DNA of 64,000 bases from an uncultured Planctomycetales bacterium. GTDB lineage: Bacteria; Planctomycetota; Phycisphaerae; UBA1845; JAFGLZ01. The notes below the pieces were generated by a model. The model did not search any database and was not told where the DNA came from. It was given only the letters and a program-made list of their open reading frames with translations. Below are positions 56,091 to 64,000 of the stretch, piece after piece; within the stretch, counting starts at the first letter, position 1, and each line of letters starts with the position of its first letter. The stretch lies in contig CAYUQT010000007.1 of the NCBI GenBank assembly GCA_964446835.1, forward strand, positions 9,176 to 73,175, written 5' to 3'. The translations under genes were made by a program, and so were the position numbers.

Positions 56091-56735
56091 CTAGTTCTGC
56101 GAAACCTGGAAGGCGAACAGTTGCACCCAGTAGTAGTAGTCTCCGCCCGCGGCCTGGATGTGGTAGTAGCCGATGCCGACGTATTTGAAGTCGGCGCGAA
56201 GCATGTTCTCGTTGTGGCCGGGACTGTTCTTCCAGGCCGTCATGACGTCGGACACGGCGGACATGCTGTTCTGTCCCATGGCGATGTTCTCACCGACATA
56301 GCGGTGGCAGAAGCCGGCCTGGACGGCACGGTCGCTGGGCTGCTTGCCGTCGGGGTTGGTGTGACTGAAGAAGTGACGGTCGTACATATCGCGAGCGTGG
56401 GCGTCGGCGGCCTGCTGAAGTGTCCTGGAGTACTGGAGCCCCGTCAGTTGATTCATCACGCGGTAAGCGTTGAGTTGATCCAGCGCCGCTTGATGGGTGG
56501 TGTCGGTGGGACTGCCCAGCGCCAGACAGCCGGAGACCGGCGGATCGATCGGGACGAACCCCCCGCCGCCTGTGACTTCACCGCCGTTTCCGCCGAACCC
56601 TCCGCCGCCACCGCCACCGGTGGTGGTCGTGTTGGACGGTGTCTGCGTTCCCGCGGGTGGAAGGCATGCTCCCACCGACGAAACGATCACACCCCATACT
56701 GCGAACCGGATGATGACATTGTGCATTGGTCTCAT
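56091..56735 (-). CDS. CAP/SCP/PR-1 domain lipoprotein
   Basis: Signal peptide with Cys (VSSVGAC), a Gly/Thr-rich linker, then a CAP domain (HFFSHTNPDG..., WKNSPGHNENML..., YVGIGYY). Confidence 0.7.
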   Translation of the reverse strand: MRPMHNVIIRFAVWGVIVSSVGACLPPAGTQTPSNTTTTGGGGGGGFGGNGGEVTGGGGFVPIDPPVSGCLALGSPTDTTHQAALDQLNAYRVMNQLTGLQYSRTLQQAADAHARDMYDRHFFSHTNPDGKQPSDRAVQAGFCHRYVGENIAMGQNSMSAVSDVMTAWKNSPGHNENMLRADFKYVGIGYYHIQAAGGDYYYWVQLFAFQVSQN

Positions 56736-56919
56736 GCCTTGCCCACCGGGTGATTCTGCCTTCCGGCCCCCCTGCTCCATGAACCCCTTGAGCCTCGGCC
56801 GGCCGGCCGCAAGAGATCGGGAGACGCATTGTTTCGCCGAGTCTTTCCGGAACGATGCGTCGGATACGGTCCTGTAATCTACATCGGTCGGTCACAGAGG
56901 CGACTACCGGATCTTCCGG

Positions 56920-58176
56920 CTATTCGCCTCGAATGAACCGCATGGCTCCGTGGCCCAGCAGATCGGTCACCTCCCGGGTGATCTGATCCTCCGGCAAGGT
57001 CCAGCCGGCCTGAAGAAGGAGGAAGTACTTGTCCGTCAGCACATGGGTCAGCATCACCCTGGCATCGTGCCACTTGTAGACGAGCTGTTCGAGCACGCGG
57101 CAATCGGAATGCTGGGGCGTGAAGCTGTGTCCGAGCAGTTCGATTCGCATCCGAGCGATTTCATCGGTCAGGCTGGACACGTTCACAAACCACCAACACC
57201 CGAAGACGTGGAGGTTATGGAACTTCCGGGTCAGCACGGCCAGTTCGTGCTGATCTTCGCGGCTGAGCACGGTCGTCAGGAAACGGTTCCGGCCGAAGTT
57301 CGAACAGAGATTGACCAGCGACATCAGGTCCGCACGTCCGACACCGTCGCCAGCCAGCCGGAGTTTCGGGTTGATCTGCCGTCGCACACCGACCATCACG
57401 GCAAACGGCAGATTGTGGTCGGTCGCGGCCGGCATCACACACCGCTCGATCAGCTTCGACGCGACGGAGTCGTCGGGATAGTGGAAGTCCGGCCCCAGCG
57501 AGGCGGCCATATAGACGGGGTTCATTTGCCGGATCCAGTCGTCGAGAAACCGGCGGACTTCGTCGAATGTCCGTCCGGACAGGTCCGGCTCGACGTGATA
57601 GCCCATGTTTCGGACGATCGGTGCGACGCGAGCCCAATCGACCAGCAGGGCATCGATCCTCAGGGCGGCCAGAAAGCGTTCGTCGAAGGCCTTCTGGGCG
57701 AACCAGATGGGTTGCTCAGTCGAATCGAAGGGATCGTTGGTCATCACCATGGATCGGACCCGACAGACCTTGAGCACATGGTCGAGGTGATCCTCGGTTC
57801 GGATGTTGGTGAAGTACGTGCGGTGCTTGGTGATATCGCGTTCCGAAGGATCGAGACCGAGCTGCCGGAGGCACGTCACAACACCGCGGCAGGCTTCGCT
57901 GATGGGCGAGCGTTTGACGAACAGCTCGTTCCAGATGAGATCGGCCTGCTCGGATTTCGGCAACGACCAGAAACGGTCGTAGTCGATCCGGCGACCGGCC
58001 ACGCGGAAGAACTCGGCAACGATGTAGTGAAAGGTCAGCATCTCGTCGATGCCCCAGAGCAGCAGACTGCCGAACTGCGGGGCATACAGATGCGTGTGGA
58101 TGTCGATGATCTCCGCCTGTTCCAACGATCGGCGAACGACGGCTTCGATCTCGCTGCGTTTTGTGTCCTGGTTCAT
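56920..58176 (-). CDS. glucuronate isomerase (UxaC) family protein
   Basis: N-terminal IIDIHTHL (UxaC has DYHCHL) and the C-terminal UxaC signature FGCWWFVNV...LL (compare GSGWWFND). Confidence 0.6.
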   Translation of the reverse strand: MNQDTKRSEIEAVVRRSLEQAEIIDIHTHLYAPQFGSLLLWGIDEMLTFHYIVAEFFRVAGRRIDYDRFWSLPKSEQADLIWNELFVKRSPISEACRGVVTCLRQLGLDPSERDITKHRTYFTNIRTEDHLDHVLKVCRVRSMVMTNDPFDSTEQPIWFAQKAFDERFLAALRIDALLVDWARVAPIVRNMGYHVEPDLSGRTFDEVRRFLDDWIRQMNPVYMAASLGPDFHYPDDSVASKLIERCVMPAATDHNLPFAVMVGVRRQINPKLRLAGDGVGRADLMSLVNLCSNFGRNRFLTTVLSREDQHELAVLTRKFHNLHVFGCWWFVNVSSLTDEIARMRIELLGHSFTPQHSDCRVLEQLVYKWHDARVMLTHVLTDKYFLLLQAGWTLPEDQITREVTDLLGHGAMRFIRGE

Positions 58177-58450
58177 GGGAGGTCCTCGTCTCGGTCACCG
58201 AGCCGTCGCGTCCCGGCGCCGGCTCCAGGAGTATTATGATCCACGCCATGGCGAGAAGATCAAGTCGCCGCCGAGAGGATGCCCGGGCGGATGCCGGCTG
58301 TCGACCCCGATTGTTCGCGCCCGAGGGGGTCGGACGGCCGAAAGCGGAGAGGTGCGATCGAGAGGACCAGTCGCCTCATGCGCAGGGTCCGTCTTTCGAT
58401 CATTCCTGTTCGGATCGCTTTTCGTGAGTTCTCGCGAGCCGGCGTGCCTG

Positions 58451-59158
58451 TCAGTAGGCCCCCCGTCCGGAGAGTACCGCGGGGACGGTCTTGAGGATAA
58501 TCAGCAAGTCCATGCCCAGGCTTCGGTTCTGAACGTAGTAGCCGTCGAGCTGCATCCACTCGTTGTAGGGGATGTCGGTTCGGCCGGCGATCTGCCAGAG
58601 GCAGGTGAGCCCCGGTTTGACGCTCAGCCTCAGCCACTCGCCCCAGTTGTCGGTTCGGATCTCGCTGAGGGGCAGAGGACGCGGACCGACGAGCGTCATT
58701 TCACCGCGCAGTACGTTGATGAGCTGAGGCAGTTCATCGATGCTGCTTCGGCGAAGCCATCGGCCGACACGAGTGATTCGGGGGTCTCTTCGGATCTTGA
58801 AGACGGGGCCGTCTTCGAGTTCGTTCTGATCGGCCAGATGGTGCTGATCTGCCGCGGCCCCCTGATACATCGTTCGCAATTTGTACATGGTGAACGGCCG
58901 ACCGTGGAGTCCGGCACGGAGCTGACTGAACAGAATGGGTCCGCGACTGGTCAACTTGATCAGAGCGGCCGAGACGAGCAGTACGGGGGAGGCCATTACC
59001 AGCATCAGAGACGCCAGAACGATATCGATAGCGCGCTTGGCCGCGAGATACACCCGGTCAACGAGGTATGCCCAACCCTTGGTGGAGATGGACAGCGTCA
59101 GCCCCACCGATGGGGCACGAGCCGCCCATTCCATAAAAGACGCCTGAGCCTGAGTCAT
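58451..59158 (-). CDS. bacterial sugar transferase (WbaP/CpsE/ExoY-type polyprenyl-phosphate hexose-1-phosphate transferase, short form)
   Basis: Single N-terminal TM and a conserved C-terminal catalytic region (PGLTCLWQIAGR, SLGMDLLIILKT). Confidence 0.85.
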   Translation of the reverse strand: MTQAQASFMEWAARAPSVGLTLSISTKGWAYLVDRVYLAAKRAIDIVLASLMLVMASPVLLVSAALIKLTSRGPILFSQLRAGLHGRPFTMYKLRTMYQGAAADQHHLADQNELEDGPVFKIRRDPRITRVGRWLRRSSIDELPQLINVLRGEMTLVGPRPLPLSEIRTDNWGEWLRLSVKPGLTCLWQIAGRTDIPYNEWMQLDGYYVQNRSLGMDLLIILKTVPAVLSGRGAY

Positions 59159-59970
59159 TCGGCTATCGCCCTCCCGAGCCCGCCGTGTGAACCACGGAAG
59201 GCCCGACGAAGCACCGCCGCGGCCAGTGATCCGGCGAACAGCGGATTACCTATCAGGTATCGGCCAGCCTTGCCTTTAGGGTCCACCCCCAGCCTGAATA
59301 GCCATTCCAAACCCGCCCGGCACATCCACGCCGGAGCCCGAGATTCGACCCCTGCCGGGTAGTCGAACAAGGCCCCCACCGTCCAGATCACGGGGACTTT
59401 CAGCTTGTGTTGGTTCTCCGCGGCCCATTCTTCCTGCCGAGGACTGCCCATACCTACCATCAGGAGGTTGGGATTCGCCTCGTTGATTCGATGGATCACG
59501 GCCGGGCCGGTGGAAAGGTCGAAGTGGCCGTTATCGGTGCCGCAGATCTTCAGACCCGGCGCGATAGAACACATCCAGTTCGCGGCCGCCTGGGCGATGC
59601 CCTCGCGCCCGCCGAGCAGGTAGAGCGACACGCCGGTCTCGGCGCATGCCCGGACGAACTCCTCAACGTAATCAGCGGAACTGAGTCGCGCCGGCAAGGG
59701 GGACCCCAGCAGCCGGCTGGCCCAGACCATCGACATGCCGTCGGCGTAGAGAACATCCGCGGTGGCCAGGGCCTTTCGGAACGACGGAACCCGGCGGCGG
59801 ATATTCCAGCTATGAGCGTTGACGTAGCAGACTCGGGTTCGCACTCCCGATCGGGCCCGATCCACCAGGAGATTGATGAACTCCGCCCGGTTCACCGACC
59901 AGAGCGGCAGCCCCATCACATCCACGATGGGAGGCGTGTTCAGATTGGAGGTCGAACTAGTCAAACCCAT
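59155..59970 (-). CDS. WecB/TagA/CpsF-family glycosyltransferase
   Basis: Motifs VCYVNAHSWN and LLMVGMGSPRQEEWA are typical of the WecG/TagA family. 4-nt overlap with the downstream sugar transferase gene. Confidence 0.8.
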   Translation of the reverse strand: MGLTSSTSNLNTPPIVDVMGLPLWSVNRAEFINLLVDRARSGVRTRVCYVNAHSWNIRRRVPSFRKALATADVLYADGMSMVWASRLLGSPLPARLSSADYVEEFVRACAETGVSLYLLGGREGIAQAAANWMCSIAPGLKICGTDNGHFDLSTGPAVIHRINEANPNLLMVGMGSPRQEEWAAENQHKLKVPVIWTVGALFDYPAGVESRAPAWMCRAGLEWLFRLGVDPKGKAGRYLIGNPLFAGSLAAAVLRRAFRGSHGGLGRAIAE

Positions 59971-61360
59971 GCTTCCTGGCTACGAGCGTCTCGTAGAGCC
60001 CCTGGTACTTGCGAGCCACCACCTCAGCGGAGAAATGTTGTTCGATGCGACGTCGCCCCGCCTGTGCCAGCCGTTGCGCCATCGGGCGATCACTCAGAAG
60101 ACGATCAAGGCCTTCGGCCAGAAGGTCCGGTCGCTTTGAAGGAACCAGCAATCCCGTCTGCCCATCCTGTATGACCTCGCCGACCCCACCGACGTGGGTC
60201 GCCACGACCGGCAGACCGGCCGAGGAAGCCTCCAACAGCACGTTGGGAAGCCCTTCCATGTATGAGGGAAGGCAGAAGATGTCCGCGCCCGCCAGCACAG
60301 CAGCGATGTCCGATCGGAATCCGACCAGACGAACGCGCCCGTCGAGTCCGGCCTGGCGAACCTGTTCTGACAGCTCGGCCTTCAGTGGACCATCGCCCAC
60401 CACGGCCGCGACCACCTCGGGGTGCCGTTGAACGAGGCGTCCCATGGCCTCAATCAGAACCGAAATGCCTTTCTCATAGCTCAGGCGAGCGACCATCACG
60501 ATCAGCGGTGTGGAGGGTTGCAACCCCCACTGCTGACGGGTCTGCCGGCGGAGCTCTTCCGTCGGGACGTAGTCGGCCGGCTCAATACCGGTATGGATGA
60601 CGGACACGGAATCCTTGGGACACCGCAATCTACGGATGCAGTCGTCTCGGACCGCCTTGCTGACCGCCAGGACATGATCCGGCATCAAACGAATGAGCTG
60701 GTCGAGCATGCCGTCCAGGAGCCTCTTCTTGTCGCGGCGGTACTCCCCAATGGCATAGGCGGTGGAGACCACGGCGGGGTGACCTGCGAGCTTGCCGGCC
60801 AACCCGGCATACAGGTCGGCCCGGAGGAGGTGCGTATGGACGACGTCGAACTGTCCCCGGCGGATTTCGCGATAGGCCCTGTGAATCGCCCTGAGGTCCA
60901 GTTCGCCCGGGGCCTCCCAGTTGGTGGCAGGCACGCCAATGGACTCGAAATTCGCCTGCATGGGCCCCCCCCCGTACAGGCAGGCGATGCTGGGGATGCA
61001 CCGATGGGTATCGCGACGCCTGAGCAGTGTGAGGAGCCACTTCGTGTCGGTCTTGACCTCGAAGGTCGAGACGACATGCAGGACGCGGATCGGGCGTGGG
61101 GGGGCCAGAGGCAGACCCTCTATGACCGCCACGTCGGACGGAGCCATCGGCGTCACCCCATGGCTCACTCCGCGAGATCGCCTGGAGGGTTCCGTGAGGC
61201 TCCGACGAGCCTTTGGCCTGCCCGTTCGGACTGTATCTGCTTGTCTGACAGACCGGTCGATCATGGTCTCACACTGAGGAAGCCTACGATTTGGACTTGA
61301 CACATCCAAACTGGTGTCAGGCAATCCGGAAATGAATTCTTTGTTCTTCAGCGGTTCCAT
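59957..61360 (-). CDS. GT4-family glycosyltransferase
   Basis: GT-B fold motifs (IRVLHVVS..., EGLPNVLLEASSAGLPVVATHVGG). Start ambiguous: 61360 (M1) or internal Met at 61147. A TATAAT -10 lies about 85 nt upstream of 61360. Confidence 0.75.
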   Translation of the reverse strand: MEPLKNKEFISGLPDTSLDVSSPNRRLPQCETMIDRSVRQADTVRTGRPKARRSLTEPSRRSRGVSHGVTPMAPSDVAVIEGLPLAPPRPIRVLHVVSTFEVKTDTKWLLTLLRRRDTHRCIPSIACLYGGGPMQANFESIGVPATNWEAPGELDLRAIHRAYREIRRGQFDVVHTHLLRADLYAGLAGKLAGHPAVVSTAYAIGEYRRDKKRLLDGMLDQLIRLMPDHVLAVSKAVRDDCIRRLRCPKDSVSVIHTGIEPADYVPTEELRRQTRQQWGLQPSTPLIVMVARLSYEKGISVLIEAMGRLVQRHPEVVAAVVGDGPLKAELSEQVRQAGLDGRVRLVGFRSDIAAVLAGADIFCLPSYMEGLPNVLLEASSAGLPVVATHVGGVGEVIQDGQTGLLVPSKRPDLLAEGLDRLLSDRPMAQRLAQAGRRRIEQHFSAEVVARKYQGLYETLVARKHGFD

Positions 61361-61450
61361 GATCGGCTAGACGAAGATCCAAACTAAGACTATATTTCAA
61401 TTAACAATACTATAAAAAGTCCCTATGTACTGCGTGATACTTTATTATAG
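61361..61450 (-). promoter_or_regulatory. AT-rich intergenic promoter region within the glycosyltransferase cluster
   Basis: About 35% GC over 90 nt in a 65% GC context. It contains TATAAT (minus strand) and several A/T tracts, between two co-directional GT genes. Confidence 0.4.
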
Positions 61451-62628
61451 GCATCGGCCCTGCGTATCGGTCTTCCATCGGCGCTACCGCGCCGTGTGCT
61501 GCAGAGTTTTTCGACCAGGTCCTCGATCTCGGAGGCCATCTGGCCGGCAGTAAACTCCGACAGAACCTTCGCCCTCGCCCGTTGTCCGAGTGCCTTCCTC
61601 TGCGTAGGATCGTTGATGACCTCTGCTAGAACGCTCGCGAGGGACTCGGCATCCCAGGGGCGGAAGTTGCGGCCGGTCTGATGATCGACGAGGGCTTCAT
61701 CGAGCGATCCGTAGGAGGGAGCCAAGAAGCACCTGCCGGCGGCCATCGCCTCGAGCATGACGATACTGAGGCACTCCCATTGGCTGCAGAGGCAGACGAT
61801 GTCGAGGCCCTGCATCATCAGAGGCAGATCCTCCACTCTGCCGAGCATGCGGATTCGATCACCCGACAGTCCACTCTGAGCGATCTTCTGTTCGATGCTC
61901 GGTCTTTGGCCCCCCTCTCCGATGATGATGAAGACCGCGCGGGGACAATGGGGCGCCACGCGGGCGGCCGCCTGTACGAAGAGGTCATGTCGCTTGTCGG
62001 GCCTGAGGTTAGCGATGATTCCCACGGCGACGGTCTGATCGTCGGTCAACCGGAGTTCCCGTCGAGCCTGGTCGCGGAGACCGGGACGGTCGAACTCGCG
62101 TCCGTCGATGCCATTGCGGATGACCACGGTACGGCCGGCAGGGATATGCTCGTGGCGGACCAGTGCTTCTCGATGCCGTTTCCCCGATGCCACGAAAGTG
62201 TCGACCCAGCGATAGAGCGCCCGGTTCGATCGTTCGAAGTGAGTGTCACCCGCGCGCGGGCAGAGGTGCGACCAGACCATCATGGGGCGTTGGGTCCGAC
62301 GGGCCGCCAGTGTAGACCAGAACATGCGATCTCCGCCGCTACCTACGGCGCAGAGGGCGTCGATCCCCTCGCGAAGAATCAAGCTGGTCAGCTTCTCGAT
62401 CACGAACAGGTCCAGTTTGTGCTTGAGCAGGTCCGCGTGGACAGCCACGCCCATATCCGCAAACTGGGGCGCCATCGGTCCCGGGTCTTTCAAACAAGCG
62501 ACGACGGGCTGCAGGCGGGTTCGATCCGCCCAGCGAGCCAACGTCAGGATCATGTTTTCCGCGCCGCCGGTGGCGAGACGGTTCGTCACCAGCAGAAGCC
62601 GTTTTGGCGCGCAACCCTCAGTACCCAA
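61423..62628 (-). CDS. GT4-family glycosyltransferase
   Basis: Motifs RLLLVTNRLATGGAEN and ECLSIVMLEAMAAGRCFLAPSYG. The proposed start is TTG at 62626-62628, 6 nt after AGGAGG; the ORF-track GTG at 62655 is the alternative. Overlaps the end of the upstream GT2 gene. Confidence 0.75.
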   Translation of the reverse strand: MGTEGCAPKRLLLVTNRLATGGAENMILTLARWADRTRLQPVVACLKDPGPMAPQFADMGVAVHADLLKHKLDLFVIEKLTSLILREGIDALCAVGSGGDRMFWSTLAARRTQRPMMVWSHLCPRAGDTHFERSNRALYRWVDTFVASGKRHREALVRHEHIPAGRTVVIRNGIDGREFDRPGLRDQARRELRLTDDQTVAVGIIANLRPDKRHDLFVQAAARVAPHCPRAVFIIIGEGGQRPSIEQKIAQSGLSGDRIRMLGRVEDLPLMMQGLDIVCLCSQWECLSIVMLEAMAAGRCFLAPSYGSLDEALVDHQTGRNFRPWDAESLASVLAEVINDPTQRKALGQRARAKVLSEFTAGQMASEIEDLVEKLCSTRRGSADGRPIRRADAYNKVSRST

Positions 62629-63560
62629 GCGCCGCCTCCTAAGACCATTCCCCACAGTTCGCTCATGTTTCGGCGTCGACTACCGGCCAGGCAGAACGCC
62701 AGACGCATCGCCGCCAACACCAGGAAACTCCAGAGAATCTGAACGCACTCACCCACACCGATGGGGAGGTTCTTGCTCAAGATGTAGCAGTAGTTGTAGA
62801 CCGTTGCGAAACCGAACCTCTCAGGGTCCGGCCGATGGCCCGGTTCTACATGATGCGTCACCCAGGCGTTGGAAGCTTCCCCCACGAGAGACCGTCGCGA
62901 CAGTCTGAGGCACATCTCCCGGTCTTCACCGAGCGCATAGCCCTCAAGCTCCTCATCGAAGCCTGGCGGATAGGCAAGTGATCGCCGAACTGCCAGTGCT
63001 GCCCCACCGAGCTTGATCGCCGGAACCATACGATGCCCCGCCAGCAAGATGCCCGGCCATCCTTGCCGTCGCATTCCCCTTCTTCCGAGCGCCCACCAAC
63101 CAGCTAGCGCCGATCCATGTGTCCAGAAACGCCCGCCCAAACCTGTTAGAGATGGTTCCACCAACTTGCCGCCTGCGATTGCGATGTCCCCTTCCGAATC
63201 GGCGGCGAAGAGAGAAGTTATCTCGCTTAAGAAATCATACCTAGGTTCAGCGTCGTCGTCCAGGAATTGCACGACCTCACAGCAAGATAGAGATAGCGCA
63301 AGGTTCCGGGATCGTGTCAATCCAGGCTGAGTTTTTCGGATGTATCTCCATGCAACGCCAGATTGCCGAGAGGCCCTGGCGAATTCCAACTGGGTCGATT
63401 CGGGCAGTTCGCCATCGTCCACGATGATGATCTCAGTTGGCTTAACGTTTTGTGATAAAACGGCTTGTATACATCTTGCCAGAGACGTCGGCCTGTCTCG
63501 GGTGCAGATTGCGACAGAAATTGTCACCGAATAGGGTGCACTGGCCATGAGTGAAGCCAT
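62586..63560 (-). CDS. GT2-family glycosyltransferase
   Basis: GT-A fold: SVAICTRDRP, IIVDDGE and the DDD motif (FLDDDAEP). The start is taken as MASLMASAPYS (63560); the upstream ORF-track extension is low-complexity. The 5' half has markedly lower GC. Confidence 0.7.
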   Translation of the reverse strand: MASLMASAPYSVTISVAICTRDRPTSLARCIQAVLSQNVKPTEIIIVDDGELPESTQLEFARASRQSGVAWRYIRKTQPGLTRSRNLALSLSCCEVVQFLDDDAEPRYDFLSEITSLFAADSEGDIAIAGGKLVEPSLTGLGGRFWTHGSALAGWWALGRRGMRRQGWPGILLAGHRMVPAIKLGGAALAVRRSLAYPPGFDEELEGYALGEDREMCLRLSRRSLVGEASNAWVTHHVEPGHRPDPERFGFATVYNYCYILSKNLPIGVGECVQILWSFLVLAAMRLAFCLAGSRRRNMSELWGMVLGGGAWVLRVARQNGFCW

Positions 63561-63675
63561 CTCACACGACAAGCCATGCTCATCATGGCCTATCTCGTAA
63601 AACGTCCCAATGGAGCGAGAGTCGGCAAACCGAGGTTTGTACGAAGGGCCCCCGGACCCTTCACTCCGAGATCGA

Positions 63676-64000
63676 TTATCGGTCTGACGATTTGCGTCGG
63701 ATCCGATAAATCGTCCCATTTACATATCGGCCATATGGCTGTTCGGCATGTGTCGAACTGGTGTTGCAGGTGAGACCCGCCTTGGAAAGCACCTCGGAGA
63801 AGCCCTTGGCAACCTCGCGGTTAGGATCACTGACAAGGGCCACACCATCATCGGCCAGGAGGGCGTTGAACAGATCGGCCAGGGGTTGGAGGTTGCGTCG
63901 TTCGTAGAGAACGTCGGAGGCTAGTATTCGACTATAACGATTCAATGCAGATGGCTTTCGCCAATCCACGTACTTGACGTTGATCCCGCCCAACCCGTTG
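63676..64000 (-). CDS. class I SAM-dependent methyltransferase (Methyltransf_16/lysine-methyltransferase-like), C-terminal part; gene continues beyond window end
   Basis: RILASDVLYERRNLQPLADLFNALLADDGVALVSDPNR matches the post-motif-II region of METTL21-like methyltransferases. The frame is open to the window edge. Confidence 0.5.
   Translation of the reverse strand, partial: NGLGGINVKYVDWRKPSALNRYSRILASDVLYERRNLQPLADLFNALLADDGVALVSDPNREVAKGFSEVLSKAGLTCNTSSTHAEQPYGRYVNGTIYRIRRKSSDR

Noticed and set aside
55944-56753. 269-aa plus-strand ORF overlapping the CAP-domain lipoprotein gene
   Set aside because: The opposite-strand ORF encodes a signal peptide plus a clear CAP/SCP domain. The plus ORF is Gly/Val/Ala-rich without motifs.
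1-64000. CRISPR arrays, tRNA/rRNA genes, transposases or integrases
   Set aside because: Scanned the intergenic regions. No direct-repeat/spacer periodicity and no cloverleaf-compatible segments were seen by eye. No transposase- or integrase-like ORFs are present.

Overview
The window is a 64 kb high-GC (about 65%) chromosomal segment and is gene-dense: about 58 CDS, with no rRNA, tRNA, CRISPR array, IS element or integrase recognisable by eye. The gene content suggests a Planctomycetota-like organism: DUF1080/LamG secreted proteins, a PEP-CTERM protein, many secreted glycoside hydrolases and a sigma-70 factor with a very long N-terminal extension. Housekeeping and metabolic genes include galK, zwf, galU, an aconitase-family hydratase, acyl-CoA dehydrogenase with etfAB, a ribose-type sugar ABC transporter, an NfeD-flotillin pair, a PpiD-like chaperone and an RluD-type pseudouridine synthase. 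Several accessory loci stand out:
(1) An FHA-domain protein is followed by a GspE/PilB-type secretion ATPase whose usual cytoplasmic N1 domain is replaced by a signal-peptide/three-TM membrane anchor, and then by a CvpA-like membrane protein.
(2) An exopolysaccharide locus on the minus strand (WbaP-type sugar transferase, WecB/TagA and GT4/GT4/GT2 glycosyltransferases, UxaC-like isomerase, CAP-domain lipoprotein) includes a 1360-aa protein with a Wzz/GumC-like TM-periplasmic coiled-coil-TM architecture preceded by a roughly 790-aa cytoplasmic coiled-coil extension.
(3) An ArsR-family regulator with a two-cysteine SqrR/BigR-like arrangement precedes a membrane-anchored thioredoxin fusion and a CoA-disulfide-reductase-rhodanese (CoA persulfide reductase type) gene, consistent with a persulfide/sulfide-stress operon.
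(4) Two 4-nt-overlapping URO-D/MtaA-like methyltransferases lie in the window, with a B12-binding corrinoid protein 20 kb away.
(5) An orphan YafQ/RelE-family toxin has no antitoxin gene next to it.
Gene starts were derived from in-frame Met/GTG/TTG positions plus Shine-Dalgarno context. Long antisense ORFs typical of high-GC DNA were discarded.
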